DNA from: Thermoplasmatales archaeon
GTDB taxonomy: Archaea > Thermoplasmatota > E2 > DHVEG-1
Reading direction: 5' to 3'
DNA: 64,000 nt
Assembly (NCBI GenBank): GCA_030672305.1
Contig: DAOVGR010000052.1
Location: 3,961 to 67,960 of the forward strand
Positions 49,301-59,442 of the stretch are shown here, one piece after another. Position numbers and translations under genes: made by a program. Numbering within the stretch: position 1 is the stretch's first letter; the number at the start of each line of letters is the position of its first letter. The notes below the pieces were generated by a model, which saw nothing but the letters and a program-made list of their open reading frames with translations, ran no database searches and was not told the origin of the DNA.

Positions 49301-50590
49301 TTATCTATAAAATAAGACTATAATACTTGTTTGAACAATCAATAACCAAATAACAGCAGGAACATACATCTTATACATACGTGTTGTATCGGTTTTCAAA
49401 TAATCACTACTTACTACATTACAAAGATGTATCGGAGAGATAAGATATCCAACTAATGAACTGATGAAAATTAAACTCGCAAATCCGACTATATTAAGAC
49501 CTGTATATTCAAAAAATGGTTCTATAAGGAAATATGATAATGCTATTGCCCCAAAATTGTATCCCGTTATTAACCCCATTATTAAAGGAACAATTATAAC
49601 TATGAAAATTGGGTGAAACGGCAAACCACCAATCATTGTCGCTATTAATTCATTAGCTTCTGATACTTCTATCATCTGTCTAAAAACCATAATTCCAATA
49701 ATTGCATAAGCAAGATTTAAAGACAAAGAACGTTTTATAATTTCATAGTATTTCTTCCAGTCTATTTTTACGAGAAAATAAAGGGAAAAAATACTAAAAA
49801 CCACTCCAACTATAAAGATACCTCTTTGGAAATCTTTAAGATTTTCAATTCCAATTACTGTGAAAGTTGAGAAAAAAATTATATAAATAATAATAGGTAT
49901 GATAGGTGGCAGGAGATATATTAAACCACTATATTCCTTTTTAGGTGTTGTAGTAGGAGATGGTATTTTTTTAATGTAAAATTTCAAAAATGTTAAACCT
50001 ATTATTATAAATGTAATAAAAGCTGGAAAATTTGCAACTATCAATTCATAGATATCAATATTTGCAAAATCAGAACTGATAATTAACATCATTGCAGATG
50101 AAACAGGAAATATTGGAAACCAAATATGCCTGAACCAAACATTTAAAAAATTTTTTTGACTTTGATTTAATTTATATTTTTCGCCTTCTTTGTCTATTAA
50201 TGGAGCTGAAAAAAGAGCACCTCCTGGAACTGGCATAAGTCCATATACTGCAGGTATTATTCCAAGTGTTCCTCCCTTGTAAAAAATAGATCTTAGGCTT
50301 TTTATCATTTTTTTTATTGCACCAGTTTCTTGCATACTTTTTGCTAGAATAAATATAAGCGTGAGAAGAATAGCTAATTCAATTGTCTGAAAGTCAAATA
50401 CTTGATTATCATAATCATAAATCAATGCTTTGCCAAAAGCTATTGGTATTTTAATTAGATCTATTTCGGGTAAAGTAAATATTACTACAATGAATGAACC
50501 GAAGATTAAAGACAAACCAAAATTATATTTTTTACGAATTAAATAAATAACAACTATGAATGCAACAATTATCCCAATCAGGTTGAGCAT
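49301..50590 (-). CDS. DUF401-family membrane protein
   Basis: GLMPVPGGALFSAP, NVWFRHIW, GYLISPIHLC; ~11 TM segments. Confidence 0.88.
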   Translation of the reverse strand: MLNLIGIIVAFIVVIYLIRKKYNFGLSLIFGSFIVVIFTLPEIDLIKIPIAFGKALIYDYDNQVFDFQTIELAILLTLIFILAKSMQETGAIKKMIKSLRSIFYKGGTLGIIPAVYGLMPVPGGALFSAPLIDKEGEKYKLNQSQKNFLNVWFRHIWFPIFPVSSAMMLIISSDFANIDIYELIVANFPAFITFIIIGLTFLKFYIKKIPSPTTTPKKEYSGLIYLLPPIIPIIIYIIFFSTFTVIGIENLKDFQRGIFIVGVVFSIFSLYFLVKIDWKKYYEIIKRSLSLNLAYAIIGIMVFRQMIEVSEANELIATMIGGLPFHPIFIVIIVPLIMGLITGYNFGAIALSYFLIEPFFEYTGLNIVGFASLIFISSLVGYLISPIHLCNVVSSDYLKTDTTRMYKMYVPAVIWLLIVQTSIIVLFYR

Positions 50591-50650
50591 GAATGCAACG
50601 AAACAAAACTAGGTATAATTAATTAACCATCATCGGTAATTTTCTAGATT

Positions 50651-51085
50651 TTATTTTTCATCCTGTTCCATTCGTGATCCTTGAGCCCACATCTCATTAA
50701 ATTCCAGATTTAATTTTTGAACAATGTCCTTTTCAACTGTCCAAAAACCTAATTCATCCTTTTTTATAGGACCTGCAAGAATCAATGCTCTGTCATCACC
50801 AAGAATGAAATTTCCTTTTATTCCTTTATGCTCTTTAACATCCAGTCCATCAAGCATCTCTTTGCTCTTATACTTCTTAACAATTATTTTCGAATCCTTT
50901 GGGAGTTCGACATCTGATAAATATTCTGCCATTATTCTTGGATTAGATATCTCTGAGATATTCCAACTTTTTGTATGCTTTGAGGCCGGTGGTACTTGTG
51001 ATGTTTTCTTTATACCAATCTCTATTGCTAGACCAACAACTACAACTCCAATAGCAAATCCTATAATCAATGAAACTATATCCAT
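50651..51085 (-). CDS. Hypothetical protein with N-terminal membrane anchor
   Basis: GGTGGA RBS; N-terminal TM; C-terminal EF..MW helix weakly reminiscent of TrmB/PLD-like folds. Confidence 0.65.
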   Translation of the reverse strand: MDIVSLIIGFAIGVVVVGLAIEIGIKKTSQVPPASKHTKSWNISEISNPRIMAEYLSDVELPKDSKIIVKKYKSKEMLDGLDVKEHKGIKGNFILGDDRALILAGPIKKDELGFWTVEKDIVQKLNLEFNEMWAQGSRMEQDEK

Positions 51086-51227
51086 GCTCCATCCACCTAA
51101 TATATGGTATATTTAAACATAGATATAATAGTTTGGTTTGTATATATGGTCTGGATAAATTTGAGGGTAATCTTTATTTTGAACTTTGTATTATGGGCTG
51201 AGGAAATAGGTTTAGGGTCTTATTATT

Positions 51228-52142
51228 ATGAACAGGAAAAACATAGAAAAAATAGATGAACTTAGAAAAAAACATAATGTAATAATTTTAGCACATAACT
51301 ATCAGCTTCCTGAGATTCAAGATATTGCAGATTTTTTAGGTGATTCCTTAGATTTAGCAATAAAAGCTACGAAAACAGATGCTGAAAACATTATTTTTTG
51401 TGGCGTTGATTTCATGGCAGAATCTACAAAGATATTAAATCCAGATAAAAATGTTATACATCCAGATATTGAAGCTGAATGTCCAATGGCAAATACAGTT
51501 AATCCTAATGAACTTTTAAAATTAAAAAATAGTACTCCTGATGCAGAAGTTGTTTCTTATATTAATACTACAGCTGAAACAAAAGCAATATCTGATATTT
51601 GTTGTACTTCTGCAAATGGTAGAAAGGTTGTTGAAAGTCTATCCTCAAAAAAAATAATTTTTGTTCCAGATAAAAATTTAGGGGCTTATATCCAGAGACA
51701 TGTTAAAGATAAAGAGCTAACTATTTGGCCCGGTGTTTGCCCAACTCATCATAGAATTCGAAAAGAGGAAATTTTAAGAATAAAAAAGATGCATCCAGAT
51801 GCAGAGATTCTTGTCCATCCAGAATGTAGACCTGAAGTCATAGATATATCAGATTATGCTTTATCAACAAATGGTATGGTAAACTATGTGAAAAAATCAG
51901 ATGCAAATGGATTTATCATTGGAACTGAAAAAGAACTTTGTTATAGGTTAAAAAATGAAAATCCTGATAAGATATTTTATCCAATAAAAAAAGCTATTTG
52001 CCCAAATATGAAGAAAATCACATTTGAAAAAGTCTTAAATAGCCTTGAATCCTTAGAACCAAAGGTTGAATTACCAGAAGAATTAATGGAAAAGGCAAAA
52101 GTACCTCTTAAGAAAATGATGGATATTGGTCGGGGAGATTAA
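51228..52142 (+). CDS. nadA: Quinolinate synthase
   Basis: LAHNYQ, GDSL, CGVDFMAE, ECPMA, YINT, CTSAN, PDKNLG, CPTH, HPEC, CPNMK. Confidence 0.97.
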   Translation: MNRKNIEKIDELRKKHNVIILAHNYQLPEIQDIADFLGDSLDLAIKATKTDAENIIFCGVDFMAESTKILNPDKNVIHPDIEAECPMANTVNPNELLKLKNSTPDAEVVSYINTTAETKAISDICCTSANGRKVVESLSSKKIIFVPDKNLGAYIQRHVKDKELTIWPGVCPTHHRIRKEEILRIKKMHPDAEILVHPECRPEVIDISDYALSTNGMVNYVKKSDANGFIIGTEKELCYRLKNENPDKIFYPIKKAICPNMKKITFEKVLNSLESLEPKVELPEELMEKAKVPLKKMMDIGRGD

Positions 52143-53312
52143 ATGAAAAAGGTATTCATAGATTATGCCTCAACAACACCTGTTGATAAAGAAGTTTTAG
52201 AAGAAATGCTTCCTTATTTTGATAAAAATTATGGTAATGCCTCCTCAATCCATTATTATGGAAGAAATGCATTTGATGCAAATGAAGTTGCGAGGGAGCA
52301 AGTTGGTAGTCTATTGAATGCCAGTCCAGATGAGATAATTTTTACATCTGGAGGAACTGAATCTGATAATCTTGGTATTAAGGGTGTAGCATTTAATAAC
52401 AAGAAAAAAAGAGGAACTAAAGGATATCATATAATAACCTCTGAAGTTGAACATCCTGCTGTTCTTGAGACCTGCAAGCATCTAGAAAAACTAGGTTTTA
52501 ATTTAAAATATTTACCTGTTGATAAATATGGACTGATAAATCCTAGTGATTTAGAAGATGCAATTTCCGAAAATACTTTTCTTGTAACAATTATGTTTGG
52601 AAATAATGAAATCGGAACAATTGAACCTATTAAGGAAATAGGAAAATTAACAAAAAAACATGATATATTATTTCATACTGATGCAGTTCAAGCAATTGGA
52701 AAGATCCCAATAGATGTTAATAAATTAAATATTGATTTACTATCAATTTCTTCTCATAAAATATATGGACCAAAGGGCGTAGGTGCACTATATGTAAGAG
52801 AGGGTGTAAAGTTACAAACAATTGCACATGGTGGCGGCCAGGAGAAAGGGTTGAGAAGTAGCACCCATAATACACCTGGAATTGTTGGTCTTGGAAAAGC
52901 ATGTGAACTTGGAAAAAAGAGAATGAGTAAGGATGTATCTCATCTTACAAAACTAAGAGAGATGCTAATTAAAGAAATTCAAAAAATAGAACAGTGTTAT
53001 CTTAATGGTCACCCTGAAAAAAGACTAGCAAACAATGCTCATTTTTGTTTTGTTGCAATTGAAGGAGAATCATTAAATCTTATGCTTGATGATAGGGGGA
53101 TAGCTGCATCCACTGGTTCTGCTTGTTCATCACAGAAATTACAAGCATCTCATGTACTGTTAGCTATTGGACTTGATCCAGAGGAAGCTCATGGATCTAT
53201 CAGATTAACTCTTGGTAGAATGAGTACAAAAGATGATGTTGAATATGTAGTAAATGTATTACCTGAAGTTGTACAAAAACTCAGAAAAATGTCTCCATTA
53301 TGGAATAGATAA
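52143..53312 (+). CDS. iscS: Cysteine desulfurase (IscS/NifS)
   Basis: DYASTTP, TSGGTESDN, HTDAVQ, SSHKIYGPKG, STGSACSS. Confidence 0.96.
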   Translation: MKKVFIDYASTTPVDKEVLEEMLPYFDKNYGNASSIHYYGRNAFDANEVAREQVGSLLNASPDEIIFTSGGTESDNLGIKGVAFNNKKKRGTKGYHIITSEVEHPAVLETCKHLEKLGFNLKYLPVDKYGLINPSDLEDAISENTFLVTIMFGNNEIGTIEPIKEIGKLTKKHDILFHTDAVQAIGKIPIDVNKLNIDLLSISSHKIYGPKGVGALYVREGVKLQTIAHGGGQEKGLRSSTHNTPGIVGLGKACELGKKRMSKDVSHLTKLREMLIKEIQKIEQCYLNGHPEKRLANNAHFCFVAIEGESLNLMLDDRGIAASTGSACSSQKLQASHVLLAIGLDPEEAHGSIRLTLGRMSTKDDVEYVVNVLPEVVQKLRKMSPLWNR

Positions 53313-53323
53313 GGAGATTCTGT

Positions 53324-53704
53324 ATGAAAGATATGTATACTGAAAAAGTGTTGGATCATTTCCGCAATCCTAGAAATATTGGTGAGATAAAAGATGCAGA
53401 TGGTATTGGGACAGTGGGTAATCCTGTTTGCGGTGATGTAATGACAATATATATCAAAGTAAAAAATGATATTATTGAGGATATTAAATTTAAAACCTAT
53501 GGTTGTGCAGCAGCTATTGCTAGTAGTAGCATAGCAACTGAGTTGGTTAAGGGTAAGACTCTTGATGAAGCTTTAAAACTAACTAGAAATGATGTTGCTG
53601 AAGAACTTGGAGGACTGCCTGCCTATAAAATGCATTGTTCTAATCTTGCAGCAGATGCAATATGTAAAGCAATAAAAGATTATAAGAAGAAAAAGAATAA
53701 GTGA
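53324..53704 (+). CDS. iscU: Fe-S cluster scaffold IscU/NifU
   Basis: HFRNPRN, GNPVCGD, GCAAAIASSS, LP..KMHCSNLA. Confidence 0.96.
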   Translation: MKDMYTEKVLDHFRNPRNIGEIKDADGIGTVGNPVCGDVMTIYIKVKNDIIEDIKFKTYGCAAAIASSSIATELVKGKTLDEALKLTRNDVAEELGGLPAYKMHCSNLAADAICKAIKDYKKKKNK

Positions 53705-53709
53705 TACCA

Positions 53710-54195
53710 ATGAGTTCCTATATTGAAGTTGACGGTTGGAAATCAAATATACGGTTTTCTTCAGCTCACATAATACCCGAATATGAAAAATGTGGCCGTC
53801 TTCATGGTCATACGTATGCTGTTCATATAAAGATTAGTGGTGAACCAGATAAAAATGGTATAATTTTAGATTTCTCCATATTAAAAAACATACTTAGAAA
53901 AATTACTTATGAACTTGACCATAAGGTTTTAATCCCTGAAAAAAGTAAGTCAATAAAAATTGTGAAAGAAAAAAAGACTGTAAAAATTACATCCCTTGGA
54001 AAAAACTATATGTTTCCATTGAGTGATTGTATCTTTTTACCAATTAGTTCTACATCAGCTGAAAATCTTGCTAGTTATATACTTGATAAAATACTCAAAA
54101 AGATATCTTTTCCAGATAATGTTGATGGTATTGAGATTGGTGTAGATGAAGGATATGGTCAAGGTGCAAGAATTTCTAAAATTTTTAATAAATAA
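53710..54195 (+). CDS. queD: 6-carboxy-5,6,7,8-tetrahydropterin synthase
   Basis: FSSAH, CGRLHGHTY, LDHK, SAENLA; GTG 53701 is an alternative start. Confidence 0.9.
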   Translation: MSSYIEVDGWKSNIRFSSAHIIPEYEKCGRLHGHTYAVHIKISGEPDKNGIILDFSILKNILRKITYELDHKVLIPEKSKSIKIVKEKKTVKITSLGKNYMFPLSDCIFLPISSTSAENLASYILDKILKKISFPDNVDGIEIGVDEGYGQGARISKIFNK

Positions 54196-54908
54196 TGGTT
54201 TTTATGAAAAAGAAAGCGGTCTGTCTTATTTCTGGTGGTATTGATTCATGCGTTTCTGCTTATTTAGCAAAAAATGAAAACTATTCAATATATGCACTAA
54301 CTATCAATTATGGTCAGCAGCATAAAAAAGAAATTATTTCTGCAAAAAAAATCGCTCAATTAATAGGAGTAGAAGAACATATTATTTTAAATATTGATTT
54401 TAACAAATTTGGTGGTTCATCACTAACAGACAAATCAGTTGATCTTGAAATCAATCGAAGCTTAAACGATATCGGAAAAAATATTCCATCTACTTACGTT
54501 CCAGCAAGAAATACAGTTTTTTTATCAATTGCCTTAGCATATGCAGAGGCAATCGATGCAGAAGAAATATTTATTGGAGTAACATCCACAGATTTTTCAG
54601 GATACCCAGATTGTAGACCAGAATATATTCAAGCTTATCAAAAAATGGCAAAACTTGCAACAAAAAAGGGAATCCAAGGAAAATCTATCAAAATTAATGC
54701 ACCACTCCTTTATAAATCAAAAGCTGAGATAATTAAAATGGGATTAAATCTTAAAGTTCCCTTTGATAAAACATGGTCTTGTTATAAAGGTAGCAAAAAA
54801 GCTTGTGGAAGATGTGATTCCTGTCTCTTAAGATTGAAAGGTTTTAAGGAATCTAGAGCTAATGATCCAATTGAATATGATTATTTTCCAGATTGGTATG
54901 AAAATTAG
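54195..54908 (+). CDS. queC: 7-cyano-7-deazaguanine synthase
   Basis: SGGIDS, YGQ.H..E, TYVPARN, GYPDCRP, TWSCY...CGRCDSC. Confidence 0.96.
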   Translation: MVFMKKKAVCLISGGIDSCVSAYLAKNENYSIYALTINYGQQHKKEIISAKKIAQLIGVEEHIILNIDFNKFGGSSLTDKSVDLEINRSLNDIGKNIPSTYVPARNTVFLSIALAYAEAIDAEEIFIGVTSTDFSGYPDCRPEYIQAYQKMAKLATKKGIQGKSIKINAPLLYKSKAEIIKMGLNLKVPFDKTWSCYKGSKKACGRCDSCLLRLKGFKESRANDPIEYDYFPDWYEN

Positions 54909-55729
54909 GATTTTATTTTTTTCTTTTCTTTATAATAACCGTACAAATCTAATGATATTGGAATTGAAATAAGAATTATTATTAGTATAATTAGACTTAT
55001 AATACAATCTTGAGGTACATTACCAAGTGTACTTTTACCATTGGTAACGTCATTAAATACAAGATTTAATGTTCCAATCCAAGGGAGCTCACATCGAGCT
55101 TTACCTGAAACCCACTCTACTTTTATAGGTTGATCACAGATTCCACCGGGTGATTGATCAGCTCTATCATTAGTAACTGGATTATCACCTTTTGTAATAT
55201 ATCCTGAATGTGGCGGATTAGGAATATAATTATTAAGTCCTAATCCTTGAATTGTAATTGAAGTGACGTTGTATAGATCGTATCCTTCTACTGTAAAGGT
55301 TTTATCATCTTCGTTGTAATCTATCCAACACATTGCTCTATGTATGATTTGATCCCTATTTTCATTACCATAAGGACGATAAACAATTACATCTCCAAAG
55401 TCTCCATAATGATAGTTATTGGGATCTTTATCAATTTGTGTAATTATATCACTTCGATGGTTTACATTTACCAATAGAACCATATCTCCTGCATTAATTG
55501 TACCATATCTCCCAAAAGGTTCATTTTGATGCATCATACTTCCGGATTCAATTGCAACCATTGGTGCACCAAACCACTGACCAGTATAGGTCCATAGAGC
55601 AGTTAAAATAATTAAAACAAGTATCAAGGCAACAACAACATCTCTTACTAAGGATATTTTACTGTTATCGCTACGCCAAAATTTTATAAATTTTTTTTTA
55701 ATTTTTTCTAAAATATCCTTATAACTCAT
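54905..55729 (-). CDS. Signal peptidase I (S26, archaeal Sec11-like)
   Basis: ESGSM, GD.V, GDVIVY, IIHRA, ITKGDN; TM segments at both ends. Confidence 0.9.
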   Translation of the reverse strand: MSYKDILEKIKKKFIKFWRSDNSKISLVRDVVVALILVLIILTALWTYTGQWFGAPMVAIESGSMMHQNEPFGRYGTINAGDMVLLVNVNHRSDIITQIDKDPNNYHYGDFGDVIVYRPYGNENRDQIIHRAMCWIDYNEDDKTFTVEGYDLYNVTSITIQGLGLNNYIPNPPHSGYITKGDNPVTNDRADQSPGGICDQPIKVEWVSGKARCELPWIGTLNLVFNDVTNGKSTLGNVPQDCIISLIILIIILISIPISLDLYGYYKEKKKIKS

Positions 55730-56268
55730 TCTTTATCACTACGGTTATTGATGACTTTTTTGTTAGAGACAATATTCCTCGTTTCAGTTCCACATATAGG
55801 GCATATCTTTATACTATCTTTGAATTTTTTACCGCATCCACGACATCGACAGCCCCATTTAAACCTTTTTGTTATTCCTACTTGGTTGATTGCTTCAAAT
55901 TTCAAATTTAATGTATTAGCAACGTTTTGAATAGAATAGTCATCAGTTAGAATTATAATCTCAAAGTTTTTATGTTTTTTAAGTTCTAAAGCTAAAGCTA
56001 AGACTTCAATATCTGTTTTTGATAACCTATTCTTGTCTCCAGTTGTATTAGAAATTTTTTGTACTTCATCAACTGCATCTTTATCCGGAGATAGAACAAC
56101 CAATCCCTTCTCTCTTAGATATTGAAAATTTTGGTAGTCTCGTCCACCAGGACTCAGCTCATCTGAGACTCTAGATGTAGTAACAATTTCTGCTTCACCG
56201 AGGTCTATCGGTTTTCCAGAGAGAATTGCTGATGTGTCAAGTACATATTTCTTTATTTTCTTATTCAT
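55726..56268 (-). CDS. nob1: Nob1-family PIN endonuclease with Zn ribbon
   Basis: VLDTSA, LS.TD..VLALA, TDDYSIQNVA, CRGC...CPICG. Confidence 0.92.
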   Translation of the reverse strand: MNKKIKKYVLDTSAILSGKPIDLGEAEIVTTSRVSDELSPGGRDYQNFQYLREKGLVVLSPDKDAVDEVQKISNTTGDKNRLSKTDIEVLALALELKKHKNFEIIILTDDYSIQNVANTLNLKFEAINQVGITKRFKWGCRCRGCGKKFKDSIKICPICGTETRNIVSNKKVINNRSDKE

Positions 56269-56329
56269 TGTTAGGACACCTAAAAGAGTTCCAATATTTT
56301 ATATTAACCAAAAAAATTATATTAAATGA

Positions 56330-57589
56330 TTATTGAATAGAATTTATTATACTTTTTATTTTTATGAGTTTTTGTTCTCCCGTTTCCATATCTCTTATTG
56401 TTACAGAATCCTTTTCAATTTCTTTTGGACCAATAATTATAGCTTTTTTTGCATTTATCGAACTTGCATATTTAAGAGATTTTCCTAGACCTCGTCTTAA
56501 CAGATCTAAATCAACAGTAAAGCCTTGATCTCTTAAAGTTTGAACAATATTAATTGCTTTTTCAATAATATCTTCAGCCAGCGGTATCACATAAACATCC
56601 ATTTTTGTTATGGGAAACTTAAAATTTTCAGATTCTAAGGCAACTATTGTACGGTCAAATCCGATTGCAAAACCAGCAGTTGAGGAGTCTTTCCCGCCAA
56701 ATAGAGAAATTAGATCGTATGCTCCTCCACCACAAAGTTGTTTTTCAGCTCCAAGAATTGGTGCTTCTATTTCAAACACAAGTCCCTTATAGTAATCTAG
56801 GCCTCGAACAATATTCATTTGTATTTGAAAATGTTTAATTCCAAATGCTTTTTCTAATAATGTAAGTATTTTTTCAAGTTTTTCAAGTTCCTTTTTTGCT
56901 AAATTATTTTTTATAAATTTATTAACAATTTTAATATCTGTTGTTTTCAGTAATTCTATTAGATCTTTTGCATCTTTATTTACAATATCAAAATCTTTCA
57001 AAGCGTCAAAAACATCTTCAAACATAGATTTATCAATAAGGGGGATTAGATATTTTTGTTGTTCTTTTGTTAATTTTAGTTGGTTGAATATTGATGATAA
57101 AATAGTTAGATTTCCAATATTTAATTTAAGATTTTCAACCCCTGAATTTTTTAATATTTTATAAGCTAGAGTAATAAGTTCAGCATATGCTTCAGGAGAA
57201 TCTGTTCCGATTATTTCGCATCCTGCCTGGCTAAACTCTCGGTATCTTCCTTTCTGTGGTCTATCATATCTATAACAATTACCAAAGTAAAATAACTTAA
57301 GTGGTTTTGGTTCCATTTGAAGTCTTTCAACATAAAAACGAATCACTGGAGCAGTTAATTCTGGTCTTAATGCTAGATCTCTATCACCCTTATCTTTAAA
57401 AAAATATAATTCCTCAATTATTTCCTGACCAGATTTTGCCTTAAAAAGCTCAAGGGTTTCAAAAGTTGGGGTTTGAATCTCGTGGTAACCAAACGATATA
57501 AAAGTAGATCGCATAATTTCTTCAATGTATCTACGTTTTTGCATTTCTTTTGACGTAAAATCTCTGGTTCCTCTTGGTAGATTAAACAC
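56330..57589 (-). CDS. hisS: Histidine--tRNA ligase
   Basis: PRGTRDF, LRPELTAP, RYDRPQKGRYREF, VRGLDYY, GGGAYD, GFAIGFDR; probable GTG start at 57589. Confidence 0.97.
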   Translation of the reverse strand: MFNLPRGTRDFTSKEMQKRRYIEEIMRSTFISFGYHEIQTPTFETLELFKAKSGQEIIEELYFFKDKGDRDLALRPELTAPVIRFYVERLQMEPKPLKLFYFGNCYRYDRPQKGRYREFSQAGCEIIGTDSPEAYAELITLAYKILKNSGVENLKLNIGNLTILSSIFNQLKLTKEQQKYLIPLIDKSMFEDVFDALKDFDIVNKDAKDLIELLKTTDIKIVNKFIKNNLAKKELEKLEKILTLLEKAFGIKHFQIQMNIVRGLDYYKGLVFEIEAPILGAEKQLCGGGAYDLISLFGGKDSSTAGFAIGFDRTIVALESENFKFPITKMDVYVIPLAEDIIEKAINIVQTLRDQGFTVDLDLLRRGLGKSLKYASSINAKKAIIIGPKEIEKDSVTIRDMETGEQKLIKIKSIINSIQ

Positions 57590-57731
57590 GTTTTGATTGT
57601 ATAAATATATCATTTAATACTGTTTCGACTAAAATAAATTTATAACAAATTATGTTGTTATACCAAAACATTTATATCTATGTATTCTTTATTTTAATAT
57701 TAATAAGAAAATATATGGGAGAGCGATTTAT

Positions 57732-59420
57732 ATTAGAAAAAAAATATTTACTCTATTAATATGCCTAGTTTTATTTGGTTCTTTTTCAGGCGCATCAACT
57801 TTTCAAATAACTCCAATTGATATTATAAATACAGCATCTATTAATCAAAATTATACACATACTGTATTTGCTGGAGTAGCGGCGTCTCAATCTTGTACCC
57901 CTTGTCATAACTGGAGTGAGAACATTTATAATATATATATGACTGGATTATACGATTTTGAATATTCCACCATGATTTGTTTTGACGAAGAAGGTCTGCC
58001 ACTAAATTATGATGCAATATATTGGGCACTCAATTATAGTATTGACCAATTTCCTACAACTTTTTTTGATGGGAATTATAAAAAAATAAAAGGTGATTAT
58101 ATCGAAAAACTACCTGATGTATTAGATACCTGTGGTAATAGAACAGTAGCAAATATTACTGCAAATATAACAGCTGTATTAGTTGAAAATGCAACTATAA
58201 ACATTTCAATAATAATTGAAAACAACGAAGAATTTCATTATAACGGTTATATAAGAGCATTTATTACAGAGATTGTATCCAGATATAAAACTCCTTTTGA
58301 TGATCCCTTTCATTTTGGTTTTTTAGATTTTGCTTTTGATGAGAGTATCACGATAAATCCCGGAAATATCTATACAGATTCCACTATCTGGAATGGTTAT
58401 GAGCATCAGGATGCTCATGGTGATGATTTTGGTGATTTAAAAGCAAACAATATCCAGGTAGCTCTAATTGTTTATAATAATAGTAATGGATATGTCGATG
58501 ATACAGTAATTACGCAGATCCCAAATAATCCACCATTTAAGGCAATTGATCCTTATCCTGAGAATGGTGCAATAGATGTTAGAGCTGATGTTGATCTGAG
58601 CTGGAATTGTACCGATCCAGATGGAGATGAATTAGTTTATGATGTTTATTTAGGAACTACAAATCCCCCACCTCTTGTTGCATCAAATGTACCTGAAACT
58701 TTTTTTGATCCGGGTCTTCTTGAATTTCAGACACCTTATTATTGGTTTATTGTTTCTAATGATAATCGAGGTGGTACAAACGAAAGTATTATCTGGAATT
58801 TTACAACAAAGTTTAATTATATTCCTGATGTACCTGCAATACCATATGGGCCAACTGAGGGAGATGCAGGAGAAGAACTTGTATACGTGACAACTACTTT
58901 TGATCCTGATGGAGACGATTTGTATTATTGGTTTGAGTGGGGTAATGGAAATAATAGTGGATGGGTAGGACCATTTCAATCTAATGAAATTGCAAATGCA
59001 AGTTATATTTGGCCTGAGGGCAGAAATTATACAATAAAGGTTAAAGCAAAAGATGAATATGGAGCAGAAAGTATATTTTCAAGAGGTTTTTCAATTCATA
59101 TCAATGAACCAAAACTTCAAATCGATAATATTTCTGGAGGTTTATTTAGGGTTTCTACAGATATAAACAATATCGGTGATGGGGAAGCAAGAAATATAGA
59201 TTGGAATATCAAGTTAAGCACTGGTATTGTAATTATTGGTAGAGAATCATTTGGTGAAATCGATAATATCTTAACTGGTGAAGAAGAACATATCCAATCT
59301 AGACTTATTATTGGTATAGGAAAAACCAAAATTATTTTAGAAGCAAATGTTCAATATGGCGAGTCTGATACAATAACATTAGATGCGTTTTTACTAGGAT
59401 GTTTTATCTTGATAAGATAA
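57732..59420 (+). CDS. Third Omp28/thioredoxin-like secreted paralog with FN3-like repeat, PKD and C-terminal beta-sandwich module
   Basis: The frame is open upstream of ATG 57939 and encodes signal peptide IRKKIFTLLICLVFIGSFSGA and YTHTVF...SCTPC, matching the paralogs; start codon uncertain. Confidence 0.75.
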   Translation: MRKKIFTLLICLVLFGSFSGASTFQITPIDIINTASINQNYTHTVFAGVAASQSCTPCHNWSENIYNIYMTGLYDFEYSTMICFDEEGLPLNYDAIYWALNYSIDQFPTTFFDGNYKKIKGDYIEKLPDVLDTCGNRTVANITANITAVLVENATINISIIIENNEEFHYNGYIRAFITEIVSRYKTPFDDPFHFGFLDFAFDESITINPGNIYTDSTIWNGYEHQDAHGDDFGDLKANNIQVALIVYNNSNGYVDDTVITQIPNNPPFKAIDPYPENGAIDVRADVDLSWNCTDPDGDELVYDVYLGTTNPPPLVASNVPETFFDPGLLEFQTPYYWFIVSNDNRGGTNESIIWNFTTKFNYIPDVPAIPYGPTEGDAGEELVYVTTTFDPDGDDLYYWFEWGNGNNSGWVGPFQSNEIANASYIWPEGRNYTIKVKAKDEYGAESIFSRGFSIHINEPKLQIDNISGGLFRVSTDINNIGDGEARNIDWNIKLSTGIVIIGRESFGEIDNILTGEEEHIQSRLIIGIGKTKIILEANVQYGESDTITLDAFLLGCFILIR

Positions 59421-59442
59421 GATTTTATTATGTAAAATTAAT

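Noticed and set aside
53710..54908. queD/queC as part of a dpd DNA-modification defence island
   Set aside because: No dpdA/tgt-like or restriction genes nearby; the housekeeping context fits archaeosine precursor synthesis.
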